From Macrostomum lignano (Eukaryota), in NCBI GenBank assembly GCA_002269645.1, contig NIVC01000010.1, positions 1-64,000 on the forward strand: a stretch of 64,000 nt of DNA, written 5' to 3'. Below are positions 22,838-35,609 of this stretch, one piece after another. The position numbers were made by a program, and so were the translations under genes. Below the pieces are notes generated by a model, which was given only the letters and a program-made list of their open reading frames with translations, did no database searches and was not told the DNA's origin. Position 1 is the stretch's first letter. Each line of letters starts with the position of its first letter.

Positions 22838-23699
22838 TGAGGTGGGGGTGGAGAAGAAAATAAAATTTTTGAACTTGTAGAAACTTAGGGTTTGTCGTCA
22901 GCACGTAAAGCCAGAAAATCGCACAAAATTGCTGCGCTGATTCTTCTCCTAGGTTACTCTGTCTGCCGGGTCCTCAATTCCGGGGGGAGGATAGTCGTAA
23001 TCGCAGTCGAGCGGTCTAGTAGTGGCCCGAGTTGTTCAGAATGGGTCCTCAGACACCGTAAACTCGTAATTCGTCGAGATTGCTAGTTGTGTTACTCTCA
23101 GTAGTAAAGTAGCGCTGCCACCACCATAAATGTCATTTTACGGAACAAAGAGGGTCTCAGAGCTTTCTTCGAGATGAGACTGATTGGTTATTTTACGCCC
23201 CGCGGGCAAATGACTCAATAGAAACTAAAGGCTTCGATTCTGAACAACTGAATAAATATTAAATGTTGGTTGCGAACTTATTATTCTTTTGTTATTATTA
23301 TTGTGGTTAGTTATTATAGCTACGCGAGATGAGCGAGACAGGAGCAGAACGAAAAGGAGGAGAATGGAGCAGGAGGAGAAGTATAAAAAATGACTCCGAA
23401 GTTAACGCAAATATAACAAATTGGCATGGAGGATCCCAGGGGTGGGACAGAGGATGGGACAAGGGAAGGGACAATGATGGGAACGAGGAAACCCGGCCGC
23501 TGGAAACATTAAAACAACAGGGGCCAAGGAAGAAAACAAACGAGGGAGCAAAGGCGGGAACAACCGGGGGAACAAACCAGAGAACAAAATTAAAACATGA
23601 CGTCAATTCATCATCCTAAGGAATTGGGTGGTATGTCCCGCTGTTGTCCACGCTAGAGGCCTGCCGTCGTTCACCCCAGTGGTAGACCGGCCTACCACA
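22838..23699 (-). repeat. 5' LTR of the Gypsy element
   Basis: Direct repeat of 13949-14820, followed by the PBS. Confidence 0.92.
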
Positions 23700-25802
23700 T
23701 AATAGTAATATCCTAGTTTTTTAAGCAAAAAAGTATTGCAAAGTACTTATTTCTAAATTAGAGCTCAATTTTTATATTTTATATCTAATTCTATTTTAGA
23801 ATCTAAGCATCAAAAAGAAAACTGGGGCACTGAAAAGTCAGGATACCAGGCCCATTACCCTAGATTGCTACACAAAGTGCCTCTGCTTAATCAAGCTATA
23901 GGGACTACATATGCAAGGTCAAGGGAAAGCATCCTCTCTTCTATTTTCTTTTCCTTTTTTCTTTTCCCCTTTTTCTCTCTCTTCTTCTTTCATCTCTTCT
24001 CTCCCTTGTCTTATTTTTCCCTTTTTATTACTTTCTCCTTCTCTCTTTCCCCCCCCCTTTCCTTTTCTCATTATCTAAGTAAAATAACAAAGTCTCCAAT
24101 TCTTACCAAGATCTGCAACAGTGATGACTTACTCATCAGTTGGTTTCCAAGAAGCCTCCTCTGCAATCTAGCCTTTGATAGTGGTAGATACTGGTGGCTT
24201 CCCCATTGTTTTCATTCATCTTAACTTAAGCCCCTATACTATCCTAGCCACAATGTGCATAAGCAGTCAAAAATGTCAATTTTTATCCCAGGGACTTAAG
24301 AGCTCCTTTTGTATTGAAAGTGAAATTATATCCTCATTTTAACTCCCCCCCCTTATTCTCACCTCAATGTGCATATAGTGTCAAACATTTCTGTCTTTGT
24401 AACTTGAGTCCCTAATTCCAAGGACTTAAGTCAAGAGCTCCTCTCATATTGAAAGTGAAAAAAATTCATCTTCAATTTAGCTCCCAACATCTCAACACTG
24501 CCCCAGTCTCTTACCCTAGGGACTTAAGAGCCCCCTTGAAAGTGAAACATTCATTTTAACTTTAGCCTAGCCCTATTACCCAAGTTCCCAACTAAAATGT
24601 CAACATGGAAGCTCCAATGGTATTTCAATTCTCAATTAAGTGGTATTATATGGGAACTAAATATGAGATTGGGAAATATATGTTCCCATATTTTTTATTA
24701 CAGGCAAAGGGGTTGTGTGTACCCTGGCGCACTTTAAGTGACATAGGCACACTACTGGCAAGAGGCATTACTGCCCATTCTGCCGACTCCCCTGAGCAGG
24801 CATACAAGCGCAGGGATACGTACGCAGGCACACACTCACACAGGAGTGTACAGCGGCCCTAACTCTACTTTATCATTAGGCCATGTACATTTCACTACAC
24901 ATTTGGGGGGCTCTCAAGGCCGTTAATTGCACAAGCAGAGCCAAGCCGAGATTCCAATTCAGCCCCAAATTAATGTGACTGCACTTGGAATCGAGCCTGG
25001 GTCGCTGGCACACCAGAGCAGCTGGGCTATGCCCCCCCCCTCATATGTTCCCATAACCATATCAAATATGTTTAACAAATAGTTTTTCCTAACAGTGTGT
25101 AGATTTGAAATTCATGAAGTATGGGTTTATTTTTTTGCAATAGTAATGCTATAGCATCCTAACTTTCGAAATTGCATCTTCAAATTAGACCTTGGATATA
25201 ATTTTATACCTTAGTACCAGCAGTAGAAAACTGCTAAAAACTTAGGCTAGGGTTTTTTAGCAATAGGGATATTATACAACATCCTGGCTTTCCAAATCAC
25301 ATCTTGAATTTGGACCTTGGGTGCAATTTTGCATATTAGTGTCAGCAAAAGCCTTTTAAGAAAAGTAAAAATATTTTTAACATTTCAAAGTAAGGCCCTT
25401 TATGTCAACATATAGTAAAAAAGCTTAAATTCTCATTCTGCTGTGCCCTTGCCATAATATAGACAACCACAAATAAGTTAGTGTTTTATTTAGCAAATTA
25501 ATAAATATTTTGTATGCACAAGGGACCTCAGTGTGATTGTATGCTGAGTACATCTTTTGACTACATGGCTATTTGTATACTATGGCAAACAGCAATTATT
25601 ACACTTGACAGTAGTACCCTGATTACAATGGGGCATTTCTCATTATAATTAAATATTGTCCATAATAATCTAATGAGGCAATTCACTCTGTCTAAATGTA
25701 TTTATTCTCGTAATAAATTTCCTACAAAATTGACTTTTTCAGCTTTCAGTTTCAAGTATTGCGCTTGTCAGTTTCATTTAGTTCTATTTGGATTTTGCAA
25801 GT

Positions 25803-26334
25803 ATGGGCAGGTGAGTGTGCAGGAGTGTAGAGTCCTTTTCGATTAAAAAAATCTGTGTTGTGTGGTCTGGATGCAAAATATGTGTGCCAGCTAATAACAT
25901 GATTAAAAAGTCTTCCTTAGTCTTCCCAGTATCTCCCCTCCCCCACCAGGCGCCATCGCTCTGAGTCCTCATCGAGCTCAAAGTCTGCCAGAAAGTATCC
26001 TGCATCACTTGGCCACCAGCGTCTGTCGCGCAGTCGCAAGCGCCGCTATTTCGGCAATTCGCTAACAGATTCGACAGGTTCAAACGGACTGATCGGCGGC
26101 CAGCGCACCGACCTGCCTGCTTGTTTCGATTCCGATGGCCAGCCTTTGTCCAAACAGCTGATTTTGAGCGACCGGTTTCAGCCCATTGTCCTGCTGGAAC
26201 GAGTTGAAATTGACGAGGCTAAGCCTACTCGTATTGGTCTGACTGCGGCTCCGGCAATAGACAATAGAAGGTGCAAATCAACTGCTGACATTGTAGAAAA
26301 TACCAGCCCCTCAGGCTGGTGCTCTGTTATGTAG
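25803..26334 (+). CDS. Putative spliced gene (or its last exons) ending in a CaaX box; exons 25803-25810 and 25950-26334
   Basis: Strong donor CAG|GTGAGT at 25810/25811 and a pyrimidine-rich acceptor ...CACCAG|G at 25949/25950. The spliced frame reads MGRRHRSESSSSS...PIVLLERV...GWCSVM* (130 aa). Confidence 0.5.
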
Positions 26335-26405
26335 CTCTTAAAAAAACTGAATCTCTTAAACCATGTCAGACTGCTTGTTCATGCCATTTTATACGATTGT
26401 TATTG

Positions 26406-27786
26406 CTGTTTGTGCAGCATAGCAACGGCTGTTTGTGTCCTTAGATACGGTTACTATTGGTGTTGATTGAGCATAGCAACGGCTGTTTGTGACCTTAGAT
26501 ATGGTTATTATTGGTGTTAATTGAGCATAGCAACGGCTGTTTGTGTCCTTAGATACGGTTACTATTGGTGTTGATTGAGCATAGCAACGGCTGTTTGTGT
26601 CTCTAGATACGGTTACTATTGGTGTTAATTGAGCATAGCAACGGCTGTTTGTGTCTCTAGATACGGTTACTATTGGTGTTAATTGAGCATAGCAACGGCT
26701 GTTTGTGACCTTAGATATGGTTATTATTGGTGTTAATTGAGCATAGCAACGGCTGTTTGTGTCCTTAGATACGGTTACTATTGGTGTTGATTGAGCATAG
26801 CAACGGCTGTTTGTCCTTAGATACGGTTACTATTGGTGTTAATTGAGCATAGCAACGGCTGTTTGTGACCTTAGATATGGTTATTATTGGTGTTAATTGA
26901 GCATAGCAACGGCTGTTTGTGTCCTTAGATACGGTTACTATTGGTGTTGATTGAGCATAGCAACGGCTGTTTGTCCTTAGATACGGTTACTATTGGTGTT
27001 AATTGAGCATAGCAACGGCTGTTTGTGACCTTAGATATGGTTATTATTGGTGTTAATTGAGCATAGCAACGGCTGTTTGTGTCTCTAGATACGGTTATTA
27101 TTGGTGTTAATTGAGCATAGCAACGGCTGTTTGTGACCTTAGATACGGTTATTATTGGTGTTGATTGAGCATAGCAACGGCTGTTTGTGTCCTTAGATAT
27201 GGTTAGTATTGGTGTTAATTGAGCATAGCAACGGCTGTTTGTGTCCTTAGATACGGTTACTATTGGTGTTGATTGAGCATAGCAACGGCTGTTTGTGTCC
27301 TTAGATACGGTTACTATTGGTGTTTATTTAGCATAGCAACGGCTGTTTGTGACCTTAGATACGGTTATTATTGGTGTTAATTGAGCATAGCAACGGCTGT
27401 TTGTGTCTCTAGATACGGTTATTATTGGTGTTTATTTAGCATAGCAACGGCTGTTTGTGTCCTTAGATACGGTTATTATTGGTGTTGATTGAGCATAGCA
27501 ACGGCTGTTTGTGTCCTTAGATATGGTTAGTATTGGTGTTTATTGAGCATATCAACGGCTGTTTGTGGCCTTATATACGGTTATTATTGGTGTTTATTTA
27601 GCATAGCAACGGTTGTTTGTGTCCTTAGATACGATTTGTATTGGTGTTTATTGAGCATAGCAACGGCTGTTTGTGTCCTTAGATACGGTTATTATTGGTG
27701 TTAATTGAGCATAGCAACGGCTGTTTGTGTCCTTAGATACGGTCATTATTGGTGTTTATTTAGCATAGCAACGGCTGTTTGTGTCG
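26406..27786. repeat. 54-bp minisatellite, about 25 copies
   Basis: Unit GAGCATAGCAACGGCTGTTTGTGTCCTTAGATACGGTTACTATTGGTGTTGATT. Confidence 0.95.
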
Positions 27787-28389
27787 TTTTATTTCCGTGC
27801 TTAAAAAGCATTTTGAAATTCACGTTTTTTAGTCAGTAGACGCAAAGCATTTTAATTTGTACTAAAAATTAATAACTAGTATCGATCCATATTTTGCTCA
27901 TGGAAGCAGACGTTTATATTTGATACTGCGTCTTTTATTTGACATTTAACTTGTGCAAACTTATTTCCGGTTACTTTTTTGGTTTAAAACGATTTTCTTA
28001 TTTAGTTTAACCTGTTTGAGGCAGGGTGACTTCTGTGTAATTTGTTCTTCTAATCAATTAAAACATTTTGTTCTGTGTTTGAAATCTTACTAACCAGCTT
28101 ATGCTCGCAATATTAATTTGTTGAGTCTGTATAATTCGCAATTAATACACGAGTATTGATCGACCTTTTAAGTGTGCAATTTTAGTCCTTGGGAACCTTT
28201 TTTTAGCAAAATGTGCTTTATTTGAGTTTGGACTGTTTGTTCCTTTACTTGAGGGGTCAGTACGATAGTCATATTGTGGTATTGAGCAGGGTGGCTACAA
28301 AGACTACAAATCATTTTAGTAATTCTTGGGTAGCTATTGAGACTGAGTATTGAGGTTACAGGGTGGGTATTAATGCTCCAGGGTGGTAC

Positions 28390-28660
28390 GACTATTGGGG
28401 TGACAGAAAGGGGTATTGGGGTGACAGAAAGGGGTATTGGGGTGACAGAAAAGGGTATTGGGGTGACAGAAAAGGGTATTGGGGTGACGGTGAGTATTGA
28501 TGCTACAGCAGTACGGAGTGGGTATTGAAGTAACGAGGTGGGTATTGGGGTGACGGTGAGTATTGATGCTACAGCAGTACAGGGTGGGTATTGGGGTGAC
28601 AGGGTGGGTATTGATGCTACAGCAGTACAGGGCGGGTATTGGGGTGACAGGGTGGGGTGG
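28390..28660. repeat. 21-bp-based minisatellite
   Basis: GGGGTGACAGAAA(A/G)GGGTATT repeats and longer derived units. Confidence 0.85.
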
Positions 28661-29079
28661 GAAAGTATTACGAAGGTGCCCTACTATACGAGGATATTTA
28701 AAGTGCATTGCTGCAGGCACAATGTACGTACATGTACATGTAGTTCGAGTGAACCTTGTGACAAGCATGCAGCAATTAGATAAAAAACTTCAGCTGCCTC
28801 AAAGTTTCGAGAAAATACCTGCTTTTAAGTGGAACAGACAATGCGCGCCCATAAATAAAACAAATGCGCCGTTTAAATTGCTTGCTTTTCCTCCAAGCTG
28901 CACGTTTGCTCCTCCTGAGACATGTCAGATGGAGGAATTTACATGTACAGGAAATTAAGAACGGCCAATGAAGTCTCTACGAGAGTTTGAGTTAAAATAT
29001 TGCTACACCTTGTAATTATACTTTTTTCTAACCCAAGCCTTTTTGAAAGCCTCTGATCTTCCTTTAGATGCTTGTTAGC

Positions 29080-30200
29080 ACCCTCTGATCCTCAACTCGG
29101 ACACCCTCTGATCCCGAGCTCGGACACCCTTCGAGCCTCAGCTCGGACACCCTCTTGATCCTCAGCTCGGACACCCTCTTGATCCTCAGCTCGGACACCT
29201 CATTGATCCTCAGCTCGGACACCCTCTGATCCTCAGCTCGGACATCCACTGATCCTCAGCTCGGACACCCTCTTGAACCTCAGCTCGGACACCCTCTAAT
29301 CCTCAGCTCGGACACCTCATTGATCCTTAACTCGGACACCCTCTGATCCCGAGGTCGGACACCCTCTGATCCTCAGTTCGGACAACCACAGATCCTCAGC
29401 TCGGACACCCTCTTGATCCTCAGCTCGGATACCCTCTGATCCTCAGCTCGGACACCCTCTTGAACCTCAGCTCGGACACCCTCTTGATCCTCAGCTCGGA
29501 TACCCTCTGATCCTCAGCTCGGACACCCTCTTGAACCTCAGCTCGGACACCCTCTGATCTTCAGCTCGGACACCCACTGATCCTCAGCTCGGACACCCTC
29601 TTGAACCTCAGCTCGGACACCCTCTAATCCTCAGCTCGGACACCTCATTGATCCTTAACTCGGACACCCTCTGATCCCGAGGTCGGACACCATCTTGATC
29701 CTCAGCTCGGACACCCTCTGATCCTCAGCTCGGACACCCTCTTGAACCTCAGCTCGGACACCCTCTGATCCTCAGCTCGGACACCTCATTGATCCTTAAC
29801 TCGGACACCCTCTGATCCCGAAGTCGGACACCCTTTGAGCCTCAGCTCGGACACCCTCTTGATCCTCAGCTCGGACACCTCATTGATCCTCAGCTCGGAC
29901 ACCTCATTGATCCTCAGCTCGGACACCCTCTTGATACTCATCTCGGACACCTCGATCATTGATCCTCAGCTCGGACACCTCACTGATCCTCAGCTCGGAC
30001 ACCCTCTTGAACCTCAGCTCGGACACCCTCTTGATCCTCAGCTCGGACACCTCATTGATCCTCAGCTCGGACACCTCACTGATCCTCAGCTCGGACACCC
30101 TCTTGAACCTCAGCTCGGACACCCTCTTGATCCTCAGCTCGGACACCCTCTTGATCCTTAGCTCGGACACCCTTTTGAACCTCAGGTCGGACAACCCTCT
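29080..30200. repeat. 23-25-bp minisatellite, about 45 copies
   Basis: Unit TGATCCTCAGCTCGGACACCCTCT. Confidence 0.95.
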
Positions 30201-30879
30201 GACAAGTACTACTTAAGTAGATATAATATATACGTTACTTTAGTCGTCCTTGCCCTCTGATCCTCAGCTCGGACGGCTCCGGCCATATTTGAGTTCATTG
30301 TAGAGCTTTGGAAGAATCAGAAGTTGATGGACTGTAAATGCTGATTTGGATAATACTGCGTATATTACACTGATTTACTCCTTTCGAATATTTTGTTTGT
30401 ATTTCCGCTGGATTTGAATCGATGTGCGAGCGTCTGTAAGATGGGAATCGCGGTGGTATTAAGCAGACGACTATAGGATAGTACAAGCGCGTACACAGCT
30501 ATTCCGAATGCATACTCTCTGCTATGTCAATACATGTACTCTGTGTAACATAGCAAAAAAAGCAAATTTGGTACTTGCATATGTTTATATTTATGGATCA
30601 TATTAAGGCCAGCCCAGTTCACAGGCTTTGGGACGCACTCTGCACATACACACAAGCTAAACGTAATTGACGCTCCATGTAATAGCAAGGATTATCCCAA
30701 AGCAGTGATTATGATGTGTAATGCGTGTTCCAGAATTTATTACGTCGGTGAAGTTTTAATTAAGGCTTCTAAATACGAACTTGCTCAAAATTCGATCATA
30801 AATACGTGCTAAATTAGTGTAAATCGCAAACGACAGATTCAAGAATAAATAGTTAGGCCTATCAGCAAATTTGCATGTA

Positions 30880-31186
30880 AGCTACTTTCAGTTCAGTAGT
30901 GAGTTAAGTACAAGCATTTTAACTCTCTGGCTCTTACCCCTTAGCTTAACCCTGCGTCTTTCCACACAGAACCTCTCTCTACCCCCCGGGCCGCCTTATT
31001 TTTATTGCCTTTCTCGGTGTTTAAGCGGCCATGTAAATTTCAGTGGCGCCTGGCTAATGTACATTGCGGCTGAACCAATAACAACTTTGCAATCTTTGGC
31101 TTCTAAACTTATCAAAGTCATTTCAAGCTGCCTTTGTTTTTAAAATAGTTTATGTATTCTTTTTTGCTACTGAACTGAAAGTAGCT
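30880..31186. mobile_element. MITE with a TA target duplication (Tc1/mariner type)
   Basis: TIR AGCTACTTTCAGTTCAGTAG / CTACTGAACTGAAAGTAGCT, flanked by TA on both sides. A second copy lies at 54898-55237. Confidence 0.75.
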
Positions 31187-31272
31187 TAGCTATTGGCGAT
31201 TGCAACTCAATAATTTGCCGGCTACGGCTAGCGCACAGTCGTTGTTGCAGTCAGTCCAGTATTAAATAATAC

Positions 31273-34200
31273 TTAGGCCACGGTCTCTTTGCACAGCACG
31301 TGTCTCCTGCTCGTCAGTTGACCGTTGCCCCCGCCTTCACTCACGTCGCCGATTCTGCCTATCGATGCGTCTTCCTCAGAGACATCGTCAAGACGGTCGC
31401 CGGCGCCAAACCTGTACCTGTTGTCGCCGCCGCTACTCCCGAACCCGATCCCGTTGCTGCTGTCAATCCTCTTCTTCGATGAGGCGTAGCAGTTCAGCGA
31501 GAAGCGCAACTCGTTGGACATCTCGGCGCACAGCGGCTGGCTGCCTGCTTCGGCGTGCTTGCGCGAGTTCCACACGAATTCGACCAGGGCGACCAGCACA
31601 GCGAGCACCAGGCCGCACACCAGCACCAGGAAGATGCCGCCAACGTTGTGCATGTCTAGAGCTGAGGCGGCCGACTCCTTGGGATCCTGACCGCGACAAG
31701 CACCGGTCTCCTTCCACCACCTGTTCTTGAGCGTCTGAAGCTCCTGATCCCGCTGCAGTTCGAGTATCTTTAGGGTGAGCTCGTCGCGCAGTTTCTCCCG
31801 GTTGGGCCGAACCCCGATGCCGTAGCCTTTGCTGTCGATGAGGCCTCCCACCTGTACAAGCTTGCACTCGCGCTCCACGTGGTACTCAATCATCGCCGAC
31901 TCCATCAGGAATGCGTAGCCACCCTTTTTCACTCGCTCGATGCCCTGTTCAGTTGTCTTCGGCTTCAGATACGGCCGCTCTTTCATGTAGTTCGCCATGG
32001 TCTTGTACGTGTCAATCTGCGACGCATCAAAGAACGTCTCAGTTGAGCCGCCCGACAGGACGCCGTACTCAATAGCCGACTGTTTGACGAGGTCCTCGGC
32101 GCTCTCTATGGGCGAGACCATGCGCTCAACGGTGAGAAAGGCGGCCAGGTTGGCCGTGTAGGAGCTGATGATGATGAGGGTGAAGAACCACCAGATGGAG
32201 CTCACTAGCCGCGTACTGGCTGCCCTGGGATTCACATCGGATCCCTGTTGCATCAGGGTGGCCACAGTGAACCAGAACGAGTTGGACAGAGAGAATGTGT
32301 TCACTAGGTAGTCGGAGTCCTCTCGGCAAGGATGCGGATTGAGCCATTCGTAGGGCGAGAACCTTGCCAGGGCGTAGATCATCAGCGTTACCACGATATA
32401 CGCGGCCAGGACGTACAGCCAGATCTCCACGGCCAGGGGATTAAGAAAGCTGAACAAGCCGGGCTTCTCACTTTTCGGCTTTTTGAACAGTATGCTGATG
32501 CCCAGGTTCATGAACGGCTTGGTGAAGTCGATGACCTTCTCGCGTTCGTAGGTGATGGTGAAAGAGCCCAGGGCGATGTCCGCTCGGCCCTCGATCAGCT
32601 CCAGCATGATGCCGTTCCATTCGCACGGGCATTGGCTGGCGTCGCCGGAGCACGGCCCCACGGGTTCGCAGCTGCCATAGTTACCGTCCGGAGCTCTGTA
32701 GATTGTCCACTCTAGACCGGTTCGATTGGCGATCAACTCCATCATATCGATGCAGAATCCTTCCAGGTGCTGCCGATGAAATTCAACGTCCGGCTTCACC
32801 TTGTCGTTGGAGTCCAGGTAGCGGCCGCGATACTCGCGTTTAATCCAAATAAATGGCTGCGTTGCTACGGCAACCACGCGCAGCACCTTGTTCTTGAGTG
32901 GGAACACGTTTTTCAGGTCGAACGGCTCTCTGATGACATGAAGTCGGCCACGAGCAGCCTGGGTCCAGTTGGCGAACATCTTTAAACCATCCGGCTGCAG
33001 GTGCAGCAGCTCAAGGCTGAGGTCGCTTCGCGAGTTGCCGGAGAACTGCATGCGGCCGGTGAGGCCTTTGCTAAGATTGGCCGACCTCAGGTGACTCATC
33101 AGGCTGGCGCCGAGGTTCGGCTGCGACTGCTGATGAGTTTCTGTTGGCAAAGGCGGCTGCGATGACGTCTCGAGGAACAGCTCACTACAGTTTGACTTGG
33201 TTTGGTGCAATCGACGGTTGTTGCTGAAGGCTGTCAGGGCGCTGGCCAGCAGTTGTACGGCATCGTACACCAGAGCCGGACCGAGGCCCAGCCGTCCCTC
33301 CTGGGTGAGAATGCCGACGCTCTCGTAGGAGCTCGAATCCACTCTCTGGTGCCGCTCTGTCCAGGTGCGCATTGCGCTCAGCACTGACCCGTAGTGCTCG
33401 GCATCGCCCGGCAGAACCCGCATCAGCGTCAGGTTGGCTCCATTCTGGCCGTAGTCGTTCAAGGACAAAGTGCTGGCGTCGAGGTTGGCTAACACGAAGT
33501 GAAAGTCCCTGTTCATCAAGCCTTTATTCGTGGCTGCGCGTAGGAAATGGGCGGTGGACTGCAGGCTGAGGTCGACTATTATCTTGGTCCAGCCGGCAGA
33601 TCCGACCTCCTTCAGCAGCGAGTACACCTCCGCGGGAATGTAGCGCTTGATCCGGAAGTAGAGCGCCTTGGTGTCCCGCCGGTTGCTGAAAACATTCTCA
33701 AGTCTGAATAGGCTCTCCTCATTCTCGTAGACGACGAGCACTTCCTGCCAGCGAAAGTAGTCAACGATATCAATGAGACAGCGGCTGATGTGATCAACGG
33801 ACGGGTACAGGTGGAGCATGAACTCTTCGGTGGTAGAAAGCGCCGACTGCAGCTCCAGTTGAGGCATTCTGGTAAGTGAGGACACAGAAGCTGCCAGCGG
33901 GCCTGGAGACCCCGCTGCGTTATCTGGCCCAATCAGAGCCACCGCGCCTTCCTCAAGCATCTGGCAGACAGCCTGACTGGTCTGGAACACGTCCGAGTCT
34001 GACAGCAGCTTGACGATCGGCTCCAGCTCGTGCCGGCAGAAGATGCTGCTGCTCAGATTGGCGGACTCGCCGAGCTCCGCGGTCATGCGCTGCCTGACAT
34101 CAGTCAGGGCAAAGTAGAAAGCATTCCGCTTCAGCAGGCCGTCCAGAGAATGATTGAACAGCGCTCCGATGCCCAGCTGCATCTTGGCCCGTTGAGGACA

Positions 34201-34302
34201 ATCCGCTGGCGCCGTCACGGACGAAGCTGGCGGCGTCAGGAGCGTCGAGACGAAGGCCGCGACCAGCGCGGACGCCGCGGCAAGCCGCCTTCCAGCCGGC
34301 AT
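31273..34302 (-). CDS. Ionotropic glutamate receptor, kainate-type subunit, single-exon ORF (1009 aa)
   Basis: Signal peptide, N-terminal domain, IDFTKPFMNLGISIL, pore loop TLMQQG, SYTANLAAFLT, S2 domain, M4 helix, C-terminal KETVA. Confidence 0.97.
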   Translation of the reverse strand: MPAGRRLAAASALVAAFVSTLLTPPASSVTAPADCPQRAKMQLGIGALFNHSLDGLLKRNAFYFALTDVRQRMTAELGESANLSSSIFCRHELEPIVKLLSDSDVFQTSQAVCQMLEEGAVALIGPDNAAGSPGPLAASVSSLTRMPQLELQSALSTTEEFMLHLYPSVDHISRCLIDIVDYFRWQEVLVVYENEESLFRLENVFSNRRDTKALYFRIKRYIPAEVYSLLKEVGSAGWTKIIVDLSLQSTAHFLRAATNKGLMNRDFHFVLANLDASTLSLNDYGQNGANLTLMRVLPGDAEHYGSVLSAMRTWTERHQRVDSSSYESVGILTQEGRLGLGPALVYDAVQLLASALTAFSNNRRLHQTKSNCSELFLETSSQPPLPTETHQQSQPNLGASLMSHLRSANLSKGLTGRMQFSGNSRSDLSLELLHLQPDGLKMFANWTQAARGRLHVIREPFDLKNVFPLKNKVLRVVAVATQPFIWIKREYRGRYLDSNDKVKPDVEFHRQHLEGFCIDMMELIANRTGLEWTIYRAPDGNYGSCEPVGPCSGDASQCPCEWNGIMLELIEGRADIALGSFTITYEREKVIDFTKPFMNLGISILFKKPKSEKPGLFSFLNPLAVEIWLYVLAAYIVVTLMIYALARFSPYEWLNPHPCREDSDYLVNTFSLSNSFWFTVATLMQQGSDVNPRAASTRLVSSIWWFFTLIIISSYTANLAAFLTVERMVSPIESAEDLVKQSAIEYGVLSGGSTETFFDASQIDTYKTMANYMKERPYLKPKTTEQGIERVKKGGYAFLMESAMIEYHVERECKLVQVGGLIDSKGYGIGVRPNREKLRDELTLKILELQRDQELQTLKNRWWKETGACRGQDPKESAASALDMHNVGGIFLVLVCGLVLAVLVALVEFVWNSRKHAEAGSQPLCAEMSNELRFSLNCYASSKKRIDSSNGIGFGSSGGDNRYRFGAGDRLDDVSEEDASIGRIGDVSEGGGNGQLTSRRHVLCKETVA

Positions 34303-35609
34303 TTTTCGCCTACGATCGGCCAGATGTCATCTGACTGCTTCGGCTGCTCTCCGTGTCTGTCAGGAGAAATTGTTTAATTATTGAGTTTTGCTTTTGACTG
34401 TCAGCTTAGACTTCGCCTACACAGCTGATGCCTGATTCTATTTCAGGCGGCTGGCTGGCTCTGCTACAGCTCTGCTTTGGCATTGGAAGGCTTCCCCTCT
34501 AACGCATATAAGCCTCATTGGTAGCCCCCCCCCTGCGGCCACGCGCGGGGAACGAAAACTATAATTTCTTCCCCATTTTTGCCTGCAACTGGACCGCAGC
34601 TTTATTCTCCCCTTCTTGTACCCTCTCAGTCCCCGCGCGGCTGGTCTGGGATCTCCGCTGAGGGGCGGGGAGGTGCACGGAGGGGCAAGAGCAGGAGCTA
34701 AAAGAGGGGAGCAAGCAGAGAGGAAGGGCTGCTTGCTAAAAGAAATGGGAAGAAAGAATGCTTGGGGTTGATTGTAGAGGAATATGTTTTAGTTCTGACT
34801 CTCCCCTCTCTACCCCTCAAAACCAAGGCTTCCTTGGCTTCCCCCGTTTCTTCTCTTCCCTTTCTCCCAATCTCCCACAAATCTCCCCATACAGGCCCCG
34901 CAGATTAATGCTCCCATAGATTATGCTCCCCCCTGTCCCCAGTGAGTAGCAGGAGAGCCTGTCTTCCTTCCTCATCTGGGGGGTTTTGTTCCGAAAGTCT
35001 GTTCCGAGAGAGAGGCTGAGAGAGAGAGAGAGGTCGTATCGGGTAGGGTGTGGTTTCCCCCTGCTCAACTACATGTGAGCAGATCTTTATTTGACAGTAG
35101 TGGCTATAGTAATATCTCTGACTGAAATATTAGAATACTGACTGAAGTCGGGCAGGCAGATTCGATAGCTATGCTTGATCGGCTGATGAGCATGCCAGTG
35201 TAGAGCATATCAGAGTTGATGGGAGACTGCCGTATTATATACATGTAGCTCACGGGCGGCGATGTACGATGGCTAACGTATGGGAGTCACACAGCTGTTT
35301 ATGATGAAATTGAAGAGGAATTCTTATCAGATCCTACAAGACCCTAGAGCAGCTGCCGCCCTCACTGTCGCCTTTCCGCATTAGCCTTTCTTAGCATTTT
35401 CTTAGAAATAAACATCTCTTAGATTGAGGTTTAGATAGATTGACTGTCATGACGGCCGCGACCACTAAAATTTTTTGTCTTCGTTTTTTACAATTTTCAA
35501 CAAGAATAGTATTTGTACATGTTGGAAGCATGACTTTAGAAGCTACCGGTATAATTTTACGAAAACTGGCGCCTGAAATCCAGCATTTGGCGCTAAATTG
35601 GCGCTAAAA

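Larger units (their letters stand above)
13949..23699 (-). mobile_element. Full-length, decayed Ty3/Gypsy LTR retrotransposon
   Basis: Two ~870-bp direct repeats with TG...CA ends, a 4-bp TSD TAAT (13945-13948 and 23700-23703), a PBS, and gene order gag-PR-RT-RH-IN. Confidence 0.95.

Noticed and set aside
24960-25030. tRNA gene on the minus strand (B-box GGCTCGATTCC)
   Set aside because: No complete cloverleaf or acceptor stem is visible; at most a tRNA-derived SINE remnant.
26406-27786. 54-bp array as a CRISPR array
   Set aside because: The units are contiguous near-identical repeats with no unique spacers, there are no cas genes, and the context is eukaryotic.
35180-35200. CTGATGAG as a hammerhead ribozyme core
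   Set aside because: No downstream GAAA or flanking stems were found.
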